From an uncultured Gemmatimonadales bacterium (GTDB taxonomy: Bacteria > Gemmatimonadota > Gemmatimonadetes > Gemmatimonadales > GWC2-71-9): DNA of 64,000 nucleotides. The notes under the pieces are model-generated. The model was not told the DNA's origin. It made no database searches and saw only the letters and a list, made by a program, of their open reading frames with translations. The first letter of the stretch is position 1; every line of letters starts with the position of its first letter. Where the stretch lies: assembly GCA_963739455.1 (NCBI GenBank), contig CAVUAK010000001.1, forward strand, positions 2,080,001 through 2,144,000, read 5' to 3'. The position numbers were made by a program, and so were the translations under genes. This document shows positions 23,142 to 31,652 of the stretch, piece after piece.

Positions 23142-23213
23142 TTGCCCCTGCTGGGCTCGAACCAGCATTGACGGATCCAAAGTCCGCTGTCCTGCCAGTT
23201 GGACGAAGGGGCA
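23142..23213 (-). tRNA. tRNA-Gln(UUG), CCA not encoded
   Basis: Acceptor TGCCCCT/AGGGGCA, anticodon loop CTTTGGA, T-loop GGTTCGAGCC. Confidence 0.95.
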
Positions 23214-23218
23214 GTCAC

Positions 23219-23962
23219 TTACACGAACAGTCCCTCTACGAAACCGATGCGCCAGGCCAGGAAGCACCCGAACCCGAGGCTGAGCAGCCCGGACGCGAAG
23301 CGCACCCGCTGGGTCCACACCCTTGATGCACCGCGTCGCGTGATTGACGCTGAGATGCCTGCCGTGACCAGTGCCATGCCGACGATGGTACCTACCCCGA
23401 ACACCAGCAGGTAGAGCACGCCCCACCGCGCGTTGCCGATGGCAGCCAGCACGATCAAGGCCACCGCCGCTGATCCCGCCAGGCCATGCACGATACCGAT
23501 GAACATTGGCCGGAACAGCTGATAGACCCGGATGCCCGCCAGCCTCACATCGAGCCAGCTCACCGCGGCCGGCTCATGATGCTCGTGCCGCACATGATCA
23601 TGCGGGTGCGTGTGGACCTCGCTGTCATGATGGTGCGGATGCTCGTGGTCGGGATCATGTCGATGCCGCGCCACGCTCCACATGTTCGCAATGCCGAGGC
23701 CAATGAGCATGAGCCCTACGGCGAACTCCATCGAGAGTCCCAGCCGGTGCGGGATGACCCACCCGAACAGGATGATGCCGCCACCCACCACGAAAATCGT
23801 GAGGGTGTGACCCAGGCCCCAGACCGCGCCGATGAGGGCAGCAGCGAGGGGGTTGCGGTGCCGCGACACGATGGTGCTCACCGCAATGACGTGGTCCGCA
23901 TCGGTCGCGTGACGCATGCCAAGGAGGAAGCCCAGCGACAATACGGCGAAGGGTCCGGTCAT
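23219..23962 (-). CDS. Nickel/cobalt permease (NiCoT/UreH-like)
   Basis: GMRHATDADH motif, WGLGHT, His-rich loop, GIVHGLAGSAA. Confidence 0.85.
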   Translation of the reverse strand: MTGPFAVLSLGFLLGMRHATDADHVIAVSTIVSRHRNPLAAALIGAVWGLGHTLTIFVVGGGIILFGWVIPHRLGLSMEFAVGLMLIGLGIANMWSVARHRHDPDHEHPHHHDSEVHTHPHDHVRHEHHEPAAVSWLDVRLAGIRVYQLFRPMFIGIVHGLAGSAAVALIVLAAIGNARWGVLYLLVFGVGTIVGMALVTAGISASITRRGASRVWTQRVRFASGLLSLGFGCFLAWRIGFVEGLFV

Positions 23963-24053
23963 GTCAGAATCCCGGGGCCAGCAGCTCTCAAAGTTCGATC
24001 CTGGCCCTTGTCTACCAATATGGTCGCAAACGTTGCGACATCGTCCCTATCGG

Positions 24054-24073
24054 GACAGTATAGTAATACTCAT
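24054..24073. promoter_or_regulatory. Candidate operator 1 (ATGAGTAT-N4-ATACTCAT-like)
   Basis: gacagtat-agta-atactcat, 41 nt before the porin 1 ATG. Confidence 0.4.
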
Positions 24074-24114
24074 CCCAGTCGCGTCACCGGAAGTTGCCCT
24101 GATCGAGGACACTC

Positions 24115-25389
24115 ATGACGTTTTGTACGCGAAGGGTCGCTACCCTGGTCGCGCCGCTCGTCCTGGCCATGATACTTACGGGCGTTGCGAGCGCCCAAGG
24201 CACGAAGGGTCTCGAGCCCGAATCGGTCCCGTACGAGACGGCGCAGGACGTCGCTGAGACGCTGGAGCCAAGCACCCTTGGCCCCACACCCGTCGCGGAC
24301 GTGCGGCTGGTGATGGACGGGCTCGGGCTGGCGAAGCTGTTCGGCAACACCGGCATCCGGTTCTGGGGCTGGGCTGAAGGCGGCTACACCGCGTCGTCGA
24401 GCGGTTCGGGGCTCATGTCGGTGCAGACGCGGCAGAACCGCTATGGCAACCAGCTCCTCATGAACCAGATCGGTCTCGTGCTCCAGCGGGGCATGAAGCC
24501 TGGCCAGCTTGATTTCGGGTTCAACGTCCGATATTTCGCCGGCGCGGACGCGGCCCTGGGCCAGCCGAAGGGCGGCATCGGCAACGCAGACAACACCTAC
24601 TTCAGCCAGGACTTCCGGGATCTTTCGGTCTCGATGAACGTGCCGATCAAGGAAGGTGTCGGGCTGGACATCAAGGTGGGCCGCCAGAATACGATCATCG
24701 GCTACAGCGGGTTCCTGTCGCCATTCCGGCCGTTCTACTCGAACGACTACCAGTTCTTCTACTCGCAGGACGGGGCGTTTACCGGCCTGCTGACGACGCT
24801 CAGCCTGGGCTCGGAAGTCACGGTCTCGAACGGCCTCACGCTGTGTGCCAACACCTTCTTCGTCTACCGGAATGAGGGCTACGTCTGCTACATCGGCCAG
24901 GTCAACTACTGGCTGAACCACCAGCGCCGCACCCGGCTCACCGGCTCCACCTACATCGGGCGGCAGGCCATCTTCGCGGCGCCCGGCCTGGGCGGCACGT
25001 TCGTGACGATGGGCGAGGTGCGGGTGCAGCACCAGTGGAACGACCGGTTCTTTCAGGTGGTGCAGTCCAACTTCGGCTGGGACAGCAACACCCCGGTCGG
25101 CACGGCCTCGTGGTTCGGTCTCTACACCATCGGCATCCTGAACCTCTCAAAGCCGTGGGACTTCCTCTTCCGGCTCGACTTCTTCAACGATGACGGGGGC
25201 ACGCGCACCGGGATCAATACCGCATACAGCGAGCTCACCCTGGGGGTGAACTGGCACCCGGTAAGGTTCCTGGAAGTGCGTCCCGAGGTTCGCGGCGACC
25301 TGGCCGGGCGCGAGGCCTACGGAACCGGTGGCGGGAACAATCACAAGTCCCAGGTGATCGGCGTCCTGAGCGCCATGGTCAAGTTCTAG
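24115..25389 (+). CDS. Outer-membrane beta-barrel porin (BBP2/DUF1597-like), paralog 1
   Basis: Signal peptide ASA-Q, GW.EGGYT, LEVRPEVRGD, terminal Phe. Confidence 0.75.
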   Translation: MTFCTRRVATLVAPLVLAMILTGVASAQGTKGLEPESVPYETAQDVAETLEPSTLGPTPVADVRLVMDGLGLAKLFGNTGIRFWGWAEGGYTASSSGSGLMSVQTRQNRYGNQLLMNQIGLVLQRGMKPGQLDFGFNVRYFAGADAALGQPKGGIGNADNTYFSQDFRDLSVSMNVPIKEGVGLDIKVGRQNTIIGYSGFLSPFRPFYSNDYQFFYSQDGAFTGLLTTLSLGSEVTVSNGLTLCANTFFVYRNEGYVCYIGQVNYWLNHQRRTRLTGSTYIGRQAIFAAPGLGGTFVTMGEVRVQHQWNDRFFQVVQSNFGWDSNTPVGTASWFGLYTIGILNLSKPWDFLFRLDFFNDDGGTRTGINTAYSELTLGVNWHPVRFLEVRPEVRGDLAGREAYGTGGGNNHKSQVIGVLSAMVKF

Positions 25390-25450
25390 CGTCAGCGCCA
25401 CAACATGAACATATTGCAGATTCACCCCGTCCCCTTCAGTCCGGAGATGC

Positions 25451-26245
25451 ATGCACATGTGTGAGTCCGAGCACGACCAGCGCGACCTCGCATCGCGTCG
25501 CGCATTCATGAAGACATCCACTGCCGCGGCTGCGGTGGGGATCCTTGCGGCCTGCGGCGTGAAGCCTGCCGAGGCGCCGCCAGCAGCAGCGGCCATGGCG
25601 GAGCCGGCGCTGACCCAGCTGACGGTCGGGGCGTTGACGCAGGAAGCCCGCGACGCGATGACGCCCGACCAGATTCTCGCGTCGTTCAAGGAAGGGAATG
25701 CACGGTTCCGGAGCGGCACCAAGATCACGCGCGACTTCCTGGCGGAGCAGCAGGCCACGGCGGGCGGCCAGTTCCCGATGGCAGTTCTGCTGAGCTGTAT
25801 CGACTCGCGTGCCCCGGCCGAGATCCTCCTCAACCTGGGCATCGGCGACGTTTTCAACTGCCGCCTTGCCGGCAACGTCCAGAACGCGGACATCCTGGGC
25901 AGCATGGAGTTCACCACCAAGCTTGCCGGCGCCAAGGTGGTGCTGGTAATGGGCCACTCGGCGTGCGGCGCCGTGGCCGGTGCCATTGCTGATGCGAAGC
26001 TCGGCAACCTCACGCAGCTCCTGGCGAAGATCAAGCCGGCGATAGCGGCAACCGAATTCACCGGCGACAAGTCGGCGAGCAATGCGGCGTTCGTGGATGC
26101 CGTGGCCAAGAAGAATGTCGAGCTGACGGTTGCCGGCATCCGCAAGGGCAGCCCGGTCATTGCGGAGCTGGAGAAGTCGGGTGCGGTGAAGATCGTGGGC
26201 TCGTTCTACGACATCGCCACTGGTAACGTGGACTTCATGGCCTGA
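25451..26245 (+). CDS. Beta-class carbonic anhydrase with Tat/lipoprotein signal
   Basis: SRRAFMK...LAAC, EGNARF, CIDSR, RLAGN, GHSACGA. Confidence 0.92.
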   Translation: MHMCESEHDQRDLASRRAFMKTSTAAAAVGILAACGVKPAEAPPAAAAMAEPALTQLTVGALTQEARDAMTPDQILASFKEGNARFRSGTKITRDFLAEQQATAGGQFPMAVLLSCIDSRAPAEILLNLGIGDVFNCRLAGNVQNADILGSMEFTTKLAGAKVVLVMGHSACGAVAGAIADAKLGNLTQLLAKIKPAIAATEFTGDKSASNAAFVDAVAKKNVELTVAGIRKGSPVIAELEKSGAVKIVGSFYDIATGNVDFMA

Positions 26246-26264
26246 TCGAAGGAGTCGTGCTGGA

Positions 26265-26295
26265 ACAAGGCGCCGCCCTGACGGGCGGCGCTTGT
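26265..26295. terminator. Hairpin between convergent CA and ureD
   Basis: gcgccgccc-tgac-gggcggcgc, flanked by acaag/ttgt. Confidence 0.65.
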
Positions 26296-26299
26296 CATT

Positions 26300-27286
26300 T
26301 CAGGGTGCTGCGTTCGCGAGGATGACCTCGTCATCTGGCACCGTATCGTCGGTCAGCTTTGCCGGCGTCGAGAACCAGTGATTCTGGGTGAGGTCGCTCG
26401 AGTCGAGGAGCCACGGGCGGGCGCCGGGCCCCCCAGTCCATGTCGCGGCCACGCCGAGGGCGATCGACACGAGATCGGCGGTGACAGCGCCTGGTTCGCC
26501 GCACCATCGGATGCAGCTCTCGCCTGATTCGAGCCGGAAGATGGACCTCCGGATGCCTTGCCCCGGCTCGGGGAACGAGTCGGGCAGGGGTCCCGCGATG
26601 AACAGGCTGGCTGAAGCGAGATGCCCACCTACGTGCCAATCGACAATGTCCGGCGTCCACGGGCCATCCCACCGAAAGCGATCGCGGTAGACGAGCTTGC
26701 CGTCGCGCCGGGCCTCGAAGTCCTGGACAATGCGCTCGAACTGGAAGCGTTCCGAAAGCGCGCCGCGATCATAGCGACCGGGGAGCCAGATGTCGCCCCA
26801 GATGAGGCGGGCGCGCGGCGCAAGATTGGCGCGAGCACGCTGGAAGAAGCGGGCGCCCTTGTATGGAATTGTTGGACCGGGAAGGACGACGAGAAAGGCG
26901 TCGTCCTCGACATCAACCACGAACTGCTGGGTCGCATACCCGGTTACGGCGGGATGGACGCGATTGGCCGATTGTCCAGTCACGACGGCGCGCGTGCCGG
27001 CGCGTGCCGTGATCTCGACGAGGTGCGCATCACCATCCATGAGGCCGGCAGTGAGGTTGATCAGGTAGAGCAGGGAGGCCGGCTCGGAATCGAGCTGGAA
27101 CGGCGGCATGAGGCGCACAGGAACCTGCTGGTAGTACGCGCCGAGCCGAGTCTCCTCGCCCGAGCGCACCAGCTCGATCCGCGCGCCGCCAGTGCGGGCC
27201 GCCGGGTGCACCAATGGCTCGAGTCCCTGGAACTCGGGGCAGAGCACGAGTTCGTCCCGCGTGATGATCACCGGCTTCGGACTCAC
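26300..27286 (-). CDS. ureD: Urease accessory protein UreD
   Basis: YLINLTAGLMDGD, VTGQSANRV, PGPTIPY, WGDIWLPGR..GERF; urease context. Confidence 0.85.
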   Translation of the reverse strand: MSPKPVIITRDELVLCPEFQGLEPLVHPAARTGGARIELVRSGEETRLGAYYQQVPVRLMPPFQLDSEPASLLYLINLTAGLMDGDAHLVEITARAGTRAVVTGQSANRVHPAVTGYATQQFVVDVEDDAFLVVLPGPTIPYKGARFFQRARANLAPRARLIWGDIWLPGRYDRGALSERFQFERIVQDFEARRDGKLVYRDRFRWDGPWTPDIVDWHVGGHLASASLFIAGPLPDSFPEPGQGIRRSIFRLESGESCIRWCGEPGAVTADLVSIALGVAATWTGGPGARPWLLDSSDLTQNHWFSTPAKLTDDTVPDDEVILANAAP

Positions 27287-27330
27287 TGGACTGCCTCCCT
27301 GGAACGTGCCTCGAGATCGCTATTGCTCGA

Positions 27331-27350
27331 ATGAGATGTATGATACTCAT
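27331..27350. promoter_or_regulatory. Candidate operator 2 (ATGAGTAT-N4-ATACTCAT-like)
   Basis: atgagatg-tatg-atactcat, 43 nt before the porin 2 ATG (27394). Confidence 0.4.
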
Positions 27351-27393
27351 GTAGCCGGTACCCCTGCCGGACACCGCTCTCATGGGGGCAGTC

Positions 27394-28671
27394 ATGACCT
27401 TCGCCCCGAGAACCAGTACGGCGGTCCCACCCATCCTGTTGCTCGTTGCACTCGTCACTCCCATGCCTGCGCGCGCGCAGGGCACTCAGGGTCTTCAGCC
27501 TGAATCGAATCCGTACTGGTTCGCCCTGGATTATCGCGATGCAGCCGCCCCACCCGAGCTCGGCCCCACGCCGGTGGCCGACGTGAGGCTGGCGATGGAC
27601 CACCTTGGCCTGGGGCACCTGTTCGGGAACAGCGGCATCAGCTTCTATGGCTGGGTGGAGGGCGGCTACACCGCCGCATCCACCGGGTCCGGTGAGTTGT
27701 CGGTGCAGACGAAGCAGAATCGCTACGGCAACCAGCTGCTGCTGAACCAGATCGGGCTGGTGCTCCAGCGCGGCATGCGGACGAGCCAGGTAGACGTCGG
27801 GTTCAACATCAACTACGTGGCCGGTGCCGACGCGGCCCTGGGGCAGCCGAAGGGCGGCATCGGCAATGCCGACAATACCTACTTCAGTCAGGACTTCCTG
27901 GACCTGTACGCGTCGCTCCATATCCCCGTGTTCAAGCACGGCGGCCTCGACGTTCGGGCGGGCCGGCTCCACACGATAATCGGCTTCAATGCGGCCACGG
28001 CACCGTACCGCCCGTTCTACTCCAGTGACTACCAGTTCTTCTATTCGCAGGACGGGGCGTTCACAGGCGTGCTCGCCACCCTCACGGTGAACGAAGATCT
28101 CGATATCTGGAGTGGGCTCACGCTGTGTGCCAACACGTTCTTCACGATGCGGAACGATGGTTACGTCTGCTACATCGGCCAGGTCAACTACTGGCTCAAC
28201 CACGAGAAGGGCACACTCCTGACGGGCTCGACCTACCTGGGGCGCGAGGCGATTTTCGCGGCACCGGGGATGGAGGGCACCTTCGTGACGATGGGCGAAT
28301 TGCGGGTGCAGCGCCAGTGGAGCGAGAAACTCTTCCAGGTGGTCCAGTCCAACTTCGGATGGGATGCCAACACCCCCGTTGGGACCGCATCCTGGTTCGG
28401 CATCTACACGATCGGGATCCTGCATGTTACCAAGCCGTGGGATTTCCGCTTCAGGCTGGACTTCTTCAATGACGACGGGGGCACGCGCACCGGGATCAAC
28501 ACGGCGTATGGTGCGCTGACCCTTGGCGTCAACTGGCACCCGGTGAATTTCCTCGAAGTGCGTCCCGAGGTACGTGGCGACCTGGCCGGGCGTCCCGCGT
28601 ACGGCACTGGGGGTGGCAACACGGACAAGACGCAGCTGATTGGCGTCGTCAGTGCGCTGGTCAAGTTCTAG
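27394..28671 (+). CDS. Outer-membrane beta-barrel porin, paralog 2
   Basis: Long identical blocks with 24115-25389, e.g. AGADAALGQPKGGIGNADNTYFSQDF and RLDFFNDDGGTRTGINTAY. Confidence 0.75.
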   Translation: MTFAPRTSTAVPPILLLVALVTPMPARAQGTQGLQPESNPYWFALDYRDAAAPPELGPTPVADVRLAMDHLGLGHLFGNSGISFYGWVEGGYTAASTGSGELSVQTKQNRYGNQLLLNQIGLVLQRGMRTSQVDVGFNINYVAGADAALGQPKGGIGNADNTYFSQDFLDLYASLHIPVFKHGGLDVRAGRLHTIIGFNAATAPYRPFYSSDYQFFYSQDGAFTGVLATLTVNEDLDIWSGLTLCANTFFTMRNDGYVCYIGQVNYWLNHEKGTLLTGSTYLGREAIFAAPGMEGTFVTMGELRVQRQWSEKLFQVVQSNFGWDANTPVGTASWFGIYTIGILHVTKPWDFRFRLDFFNDDGGTRTGINTAYGALTLGVNWHPVNFLEVRPEVRGDLAGRPAYGTGGGNTDKTQLIGVVSALVKF

Positions 28672-28763
28672 CGATCGCCTTGCGAGTTTGCCGGGGCCGC
28701 TGCAGCTTGAGAAGTGCGCGCTGTCAGTGAGAATCGCTGACATGGCACCGGGAGGCTCAGCGT

Positions 28764-29867
28764 ATGATGCTGCTCGTCCGGCTCATTTTTGCCTGGGTTA
28801 CGCTCGTCCTGTTCCTCGTGTTCGGCAGCACATGGATCGACGCCCAAATGTCGAGCATGTTCACTGGCGTGCTGCTGCTGTGGCTTTTCGTGACAATGGT
28901 ATGGGCGGCGTTCGGTGTCATCGACGAAGCGGATGCACTGGCTGAAATCCTGGGCGAGCCGCTCGGCTCGCTCGTCCTGACTCTTTCGATCATCTGCCTC
29001 GAAGGAGTCCTCATCGGCATCGCAATCCTATCCAGCAGCTCCGGGGCGACGATCGGGCGCGATACGCTCTTCGGCGCCAACATGATCATGATCAACCTCG
29101 CCGGGGGCCTCGCGCTGTTCCTGGGCGGGCTGCGGCACCGCGAGCAGACCTACAACATGCAGGGTACCTCCGCCTACCTGGCGGTGGTCATCGTGCTGAG
29201 CGTCATCGGCGCGATCCTCCCGAGCTATACCCAGGCCAGCCCCCGTGGAAGCGTGACGAACGTTCAGGCGGCGGGCATCATGGCCGTCGCGCTGTTCCTC
29301 TATGGCATCCTGGTGCTCATTCAGGTTGGAAGGCACTCGCACTTTTTTGCGGAGGCGGAGCCTGCGGGCGCTGCTCAGGTTAGTGCCAGTGGTCCGCCCC
29401 AGCCACGCGCGCGGGAAGGGGTGGCGAAGCATGCGCTCCTGCTTGTTGCGGGCCTCCTGCCGATCGTGCTGCTGGGGAAGTCCCTCACCGCGCTACTCGA
29501 CCATGCGAGCTACAAGCTCGGCGCTCCGCCAGCGCTTGGTGGGGTGATCATCGCCCTGATCGTCGTTTCGCCCAAGGCGATATCGGCCGTCAAAGCGGGG
29601 ATCGCGAACCAACCCCAGCGCGCGGCCAACCTCGCGCTGGGATCCTGCGCGCCGGCAATGGGGGTCATCTTCCCGATCATGCTCGGCATCGGGATCGTGA
29701 CGGGGAAGACGATCATCATGGGTGTGGGACCGGACGAAGTGATCCTGCTTGCAGTCACCCTGGTGCTCTCGGCCCTGACGTTCTCCGGGCCGCGGACCAC
29801 GCTCCTGGAGGGCGCAGCTCATTTGTCGCTCTTCTTCATGTATATCGTGCTCATGTTCAGCCCCTAG
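28764..29867 (+). CDS. chaA: Ca2+/H+ antiporter (ChaA/CaCA family)
   Basis: LAEILGEPLGSLVLTLS, GGLRHREQTYN, GRTTLLEG-like motif, ~10 TM. Confidence 0.8.
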   Translation: MMLLVRLIFAWVTLVLFLVFGSTWIDAQMSSMFTGVLLLWLFVTMVWAAFGVIDEADALAEILGEPLGSLVLTLSIICLEGVLIGIAILSSSSGATIGRDTLFGANMIMINLAGGLALFLGGLRHREQTYNMQGTSAYLAVVIVLSVIGAILPSYTQASPRGSVTNVQAAGIMAVALFLYGILVLIQVGRHSHFFAEAEPAGAAQVSASGPPQPRAREGVAKHALLLVAGLLPIVLLGKSLTALLDHASYKLGAPPALGGVIIALIVVSPKAISAVKAGIANQPQRAANLALGSCAPAMGVIFPIMLGIGIVTGKTIIMGVGPDEVILLAVTLVLSALTFSGPRTTLLEGAAHLSLFFMYIVLMFSP

Positions 29868-29950
29868 TACCTCCAGCCCTTTCCTGAACCCCAGGCGCTC
29901 GAAGCCGACATCTGCTTCTTCAATTTCTCGCGAAAGTGAGGCACTGCCCA

Positions 29951-31225
29951 ATGCTTATTCATCGCTCCCTGTGCTTGCATGGCAGCCATGGCCACGGGGG
30001 TGGCCGGGGCCGGCATTTTCATCCGTTGGGCAAGAGCGCGGGCGGGGGAGGAGGTGGCGATTCGCCACCCGAGAAGCTGACTTCACGCGATCAGTTGACA
30101 GCCATGAAGAAGATCCGTGAGGCGGAGAAGATCGGAAGCCGGGAATACAAGCGGCGCATCGAGCGGGGCCTGGACAACGGCCTCGAGGCGGCGCCGTCGA
30201 TCCAGGACCGGACCATCTCCCTCTTTTCGCGCACGGACCACCCGCTCTTCGCCGGCATCAATACGTTCCTGAAGAACCCCTTTGTCGAGAACATCAACGA
30301 CATCAGCAAGTACGATGTGGCGTTCCTCGGCGCTCCCTTCGACTCGGCAACGACGTTCAGGCCCGGCACCCGCTTCGGGCCACAAGGCGTACGCCGGGCG
30401 TCGGCCAACTTCGACGGCTACAGCTCGGACATGGGGGTTGATCTCGTCGAGCAGCTCAAGATCGGAGACGCGGGCGACGTCTTCGTGATCCCATCCAACA
30501 ACTACAAGACGTTCGACCAGGTGGACCTCGCGGTACAGCACCTGCACAAGAACGGTGTGTTCCCGCTGGTCTGTGGCGGGGATCACTCACTTGGCTACCC
30601 GGATATCCGTGGGACGGCACCGTACATCGACGGCAACGTGGGGATCATCCACTTCGACCGGCACATCGACATACTCGACCGGGACATGGATGAAATCATG
30701 CACACCTGTCCCTGGTTCCATGCCACCAACATCAAGAATGCCCCAGCCAGCAACCTGGTGCAGATCGGCATTGGCGGGTGGATTGGTAACCGGCCCGGTG
30801 TGAAGATCGCCCGGGAGCGAGATACCACGGTGATCTCGATGTTCGACGTGGACGAGTGGGGCATCGACGCCTGCATCGACATCGCGCTCGAGTGCGCCTG
30901 GAAAAACGCCAAGGCGGTGTTCCTCTCATTCGACATCGACTGCATGGACATGGGCTCGGCGCCCGGGACAGGCACCCCGGAGCCGGGTGGCTTCATGGCG
31001 CGCGAAGCGCTTCGCGCCGTGCGCCGGGTGGCCAAGGAAGGGCTCTGCGGCATGGAATTGGTGGAGGTCTCGCCGCCGTACGACATCGCCGATACGACCG
31101 CGCTCATGGGTACCAGGGTGATGCTGGATGTCCTGGGGACACTCGTGCAGAACGGGCACCTGGGCAAGCGCATGACGGAGGAGCACGCGCGCCACGAGAA
31201 GAAGGACAAGAAGCCGAAGAACTGA
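29951..31225 (+). CDS. Ureohydrolase of the guanidine hydrolase (GdmH/Sll1077-like) clade
   Basis: GLEAAPSIQDRTI..FSR..FAGINTF, RPGTRFGPQG, GGDHS, HFDRHID, MHTCPWFHA, SFDIDC, EVSPPYD. Confidence 0.88.
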   Translation: MLIHRSLCLHGSHGHGGGRGRHFHPLGKSAGGGGGGDSPPEKLTSRDQLTAMKKIREAEKIGSREYKRRIERGLDNGLEAAPSIQDRTISLFSRTDHPLFAGINTFLKNPFVENINDISKYDVAFLGAPFDSATTFRPGTRFGPQGVRRASANFDGYSSDMGVDLVEQLKIGDAGDVFVIPSNNYKTFDQVDLAVQHLHKNGVFPLVCGGDHSLGYPDIRGTAPYIDGNVGIIHFDRHIDILDRDMDEIMHTCPWFHATNIKNAPASNLVQIGIGGWIGNRPGVKIARERDTTVISMFDVDEWGIDACIDIALECAWKNAKAVFLSFDIDCMDMGSAPGTGTPEPGGFMAREALRAVRRVAKEGLCGMELVEVSPPYDIADTTALMGTRVMLDVLGTLVQNGHLGKRMTEEHARHEKKDKKPKN

Positions 31226-31237
31226 TGCAGGGAGGGC

Positions 31238-31259
31238 GGGCGGTGGGATCCCACCGCCC
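31238..31259. terminator. Hairpin between convergent hydrolase and His-rich gene
   Basis: gggcggtggg-at-cccaccgccc; no clear U-tract. Confidence 0.5.
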
Positions 31260-31265
31260 AAGGTC

Positions 31266-31643
31266 CTACCGTAATGTTCCGGGCGGGTGTTCGTGCTCGT
31301 GTGATGTGTCGGCGTGGAGCGGAGCAGCCAGGTCTTCATGCGCGTGATCGTGCACCGGTGGGTCGTGCACGTGCGAGTGCGCCGCCTTGTTGAATGATGC
31401 TTCCGCGTCTTGTGCACCATGGTTGTGCGGGTGCGAATGCTGGTGCTCGTGTTCGTGCCGGTGCCCGTGCGCGTGGGGATGGCTGTGCTTCAGGTCGCCA
31501 TGCGCATGTTCGTGCGTGTGGCTGTGTTCGTGTTCATGCGCGTGAGCATGCCCGTGAGGATGTGCATGCTCGTGCCCCTGCTCCCTGTGCTCAGCCGGGC
31601 TCCCGTGCTCGTGCCGGTGGCGAAGTCCCTTCCTGTAGGGCAT
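31266..31643 (-). CDS. Histidine-rich putative nickel-binding protein
   Basis: 39 of 125 residues are His, in (HX)n runs; starts 9 nt after the ureG stop. Confidence 0.75.
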   Translation of the reverse strand: MPYRKGLRHRHEHGSPAEHREQGHEHAHPHGHAHAHEHEHSHTHEHAHGDLKHSHPHAHGHRHEHEHQHSHPHNHGAQDAEASFNKAAHSHVHDPPVHDHAHEDLAAPLHADTSHEHEHPPGTLR

Positions 31644-31652
31644 GACCGGCTG

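Noticed and set aside
27338..27365. NikR operator (GTATGA-N16-TCATAC)
   Set aside because: Only one half-site is present; the second half reads ACCCCT.
28672..29950. Guanidine riboswitch upstream of chaA or the hydrolase
   Set aside because: No twin ACGR hairpins or ykkC-type motifs recognised by eye in any island intergenic region. An Rfam scan would be decisive.
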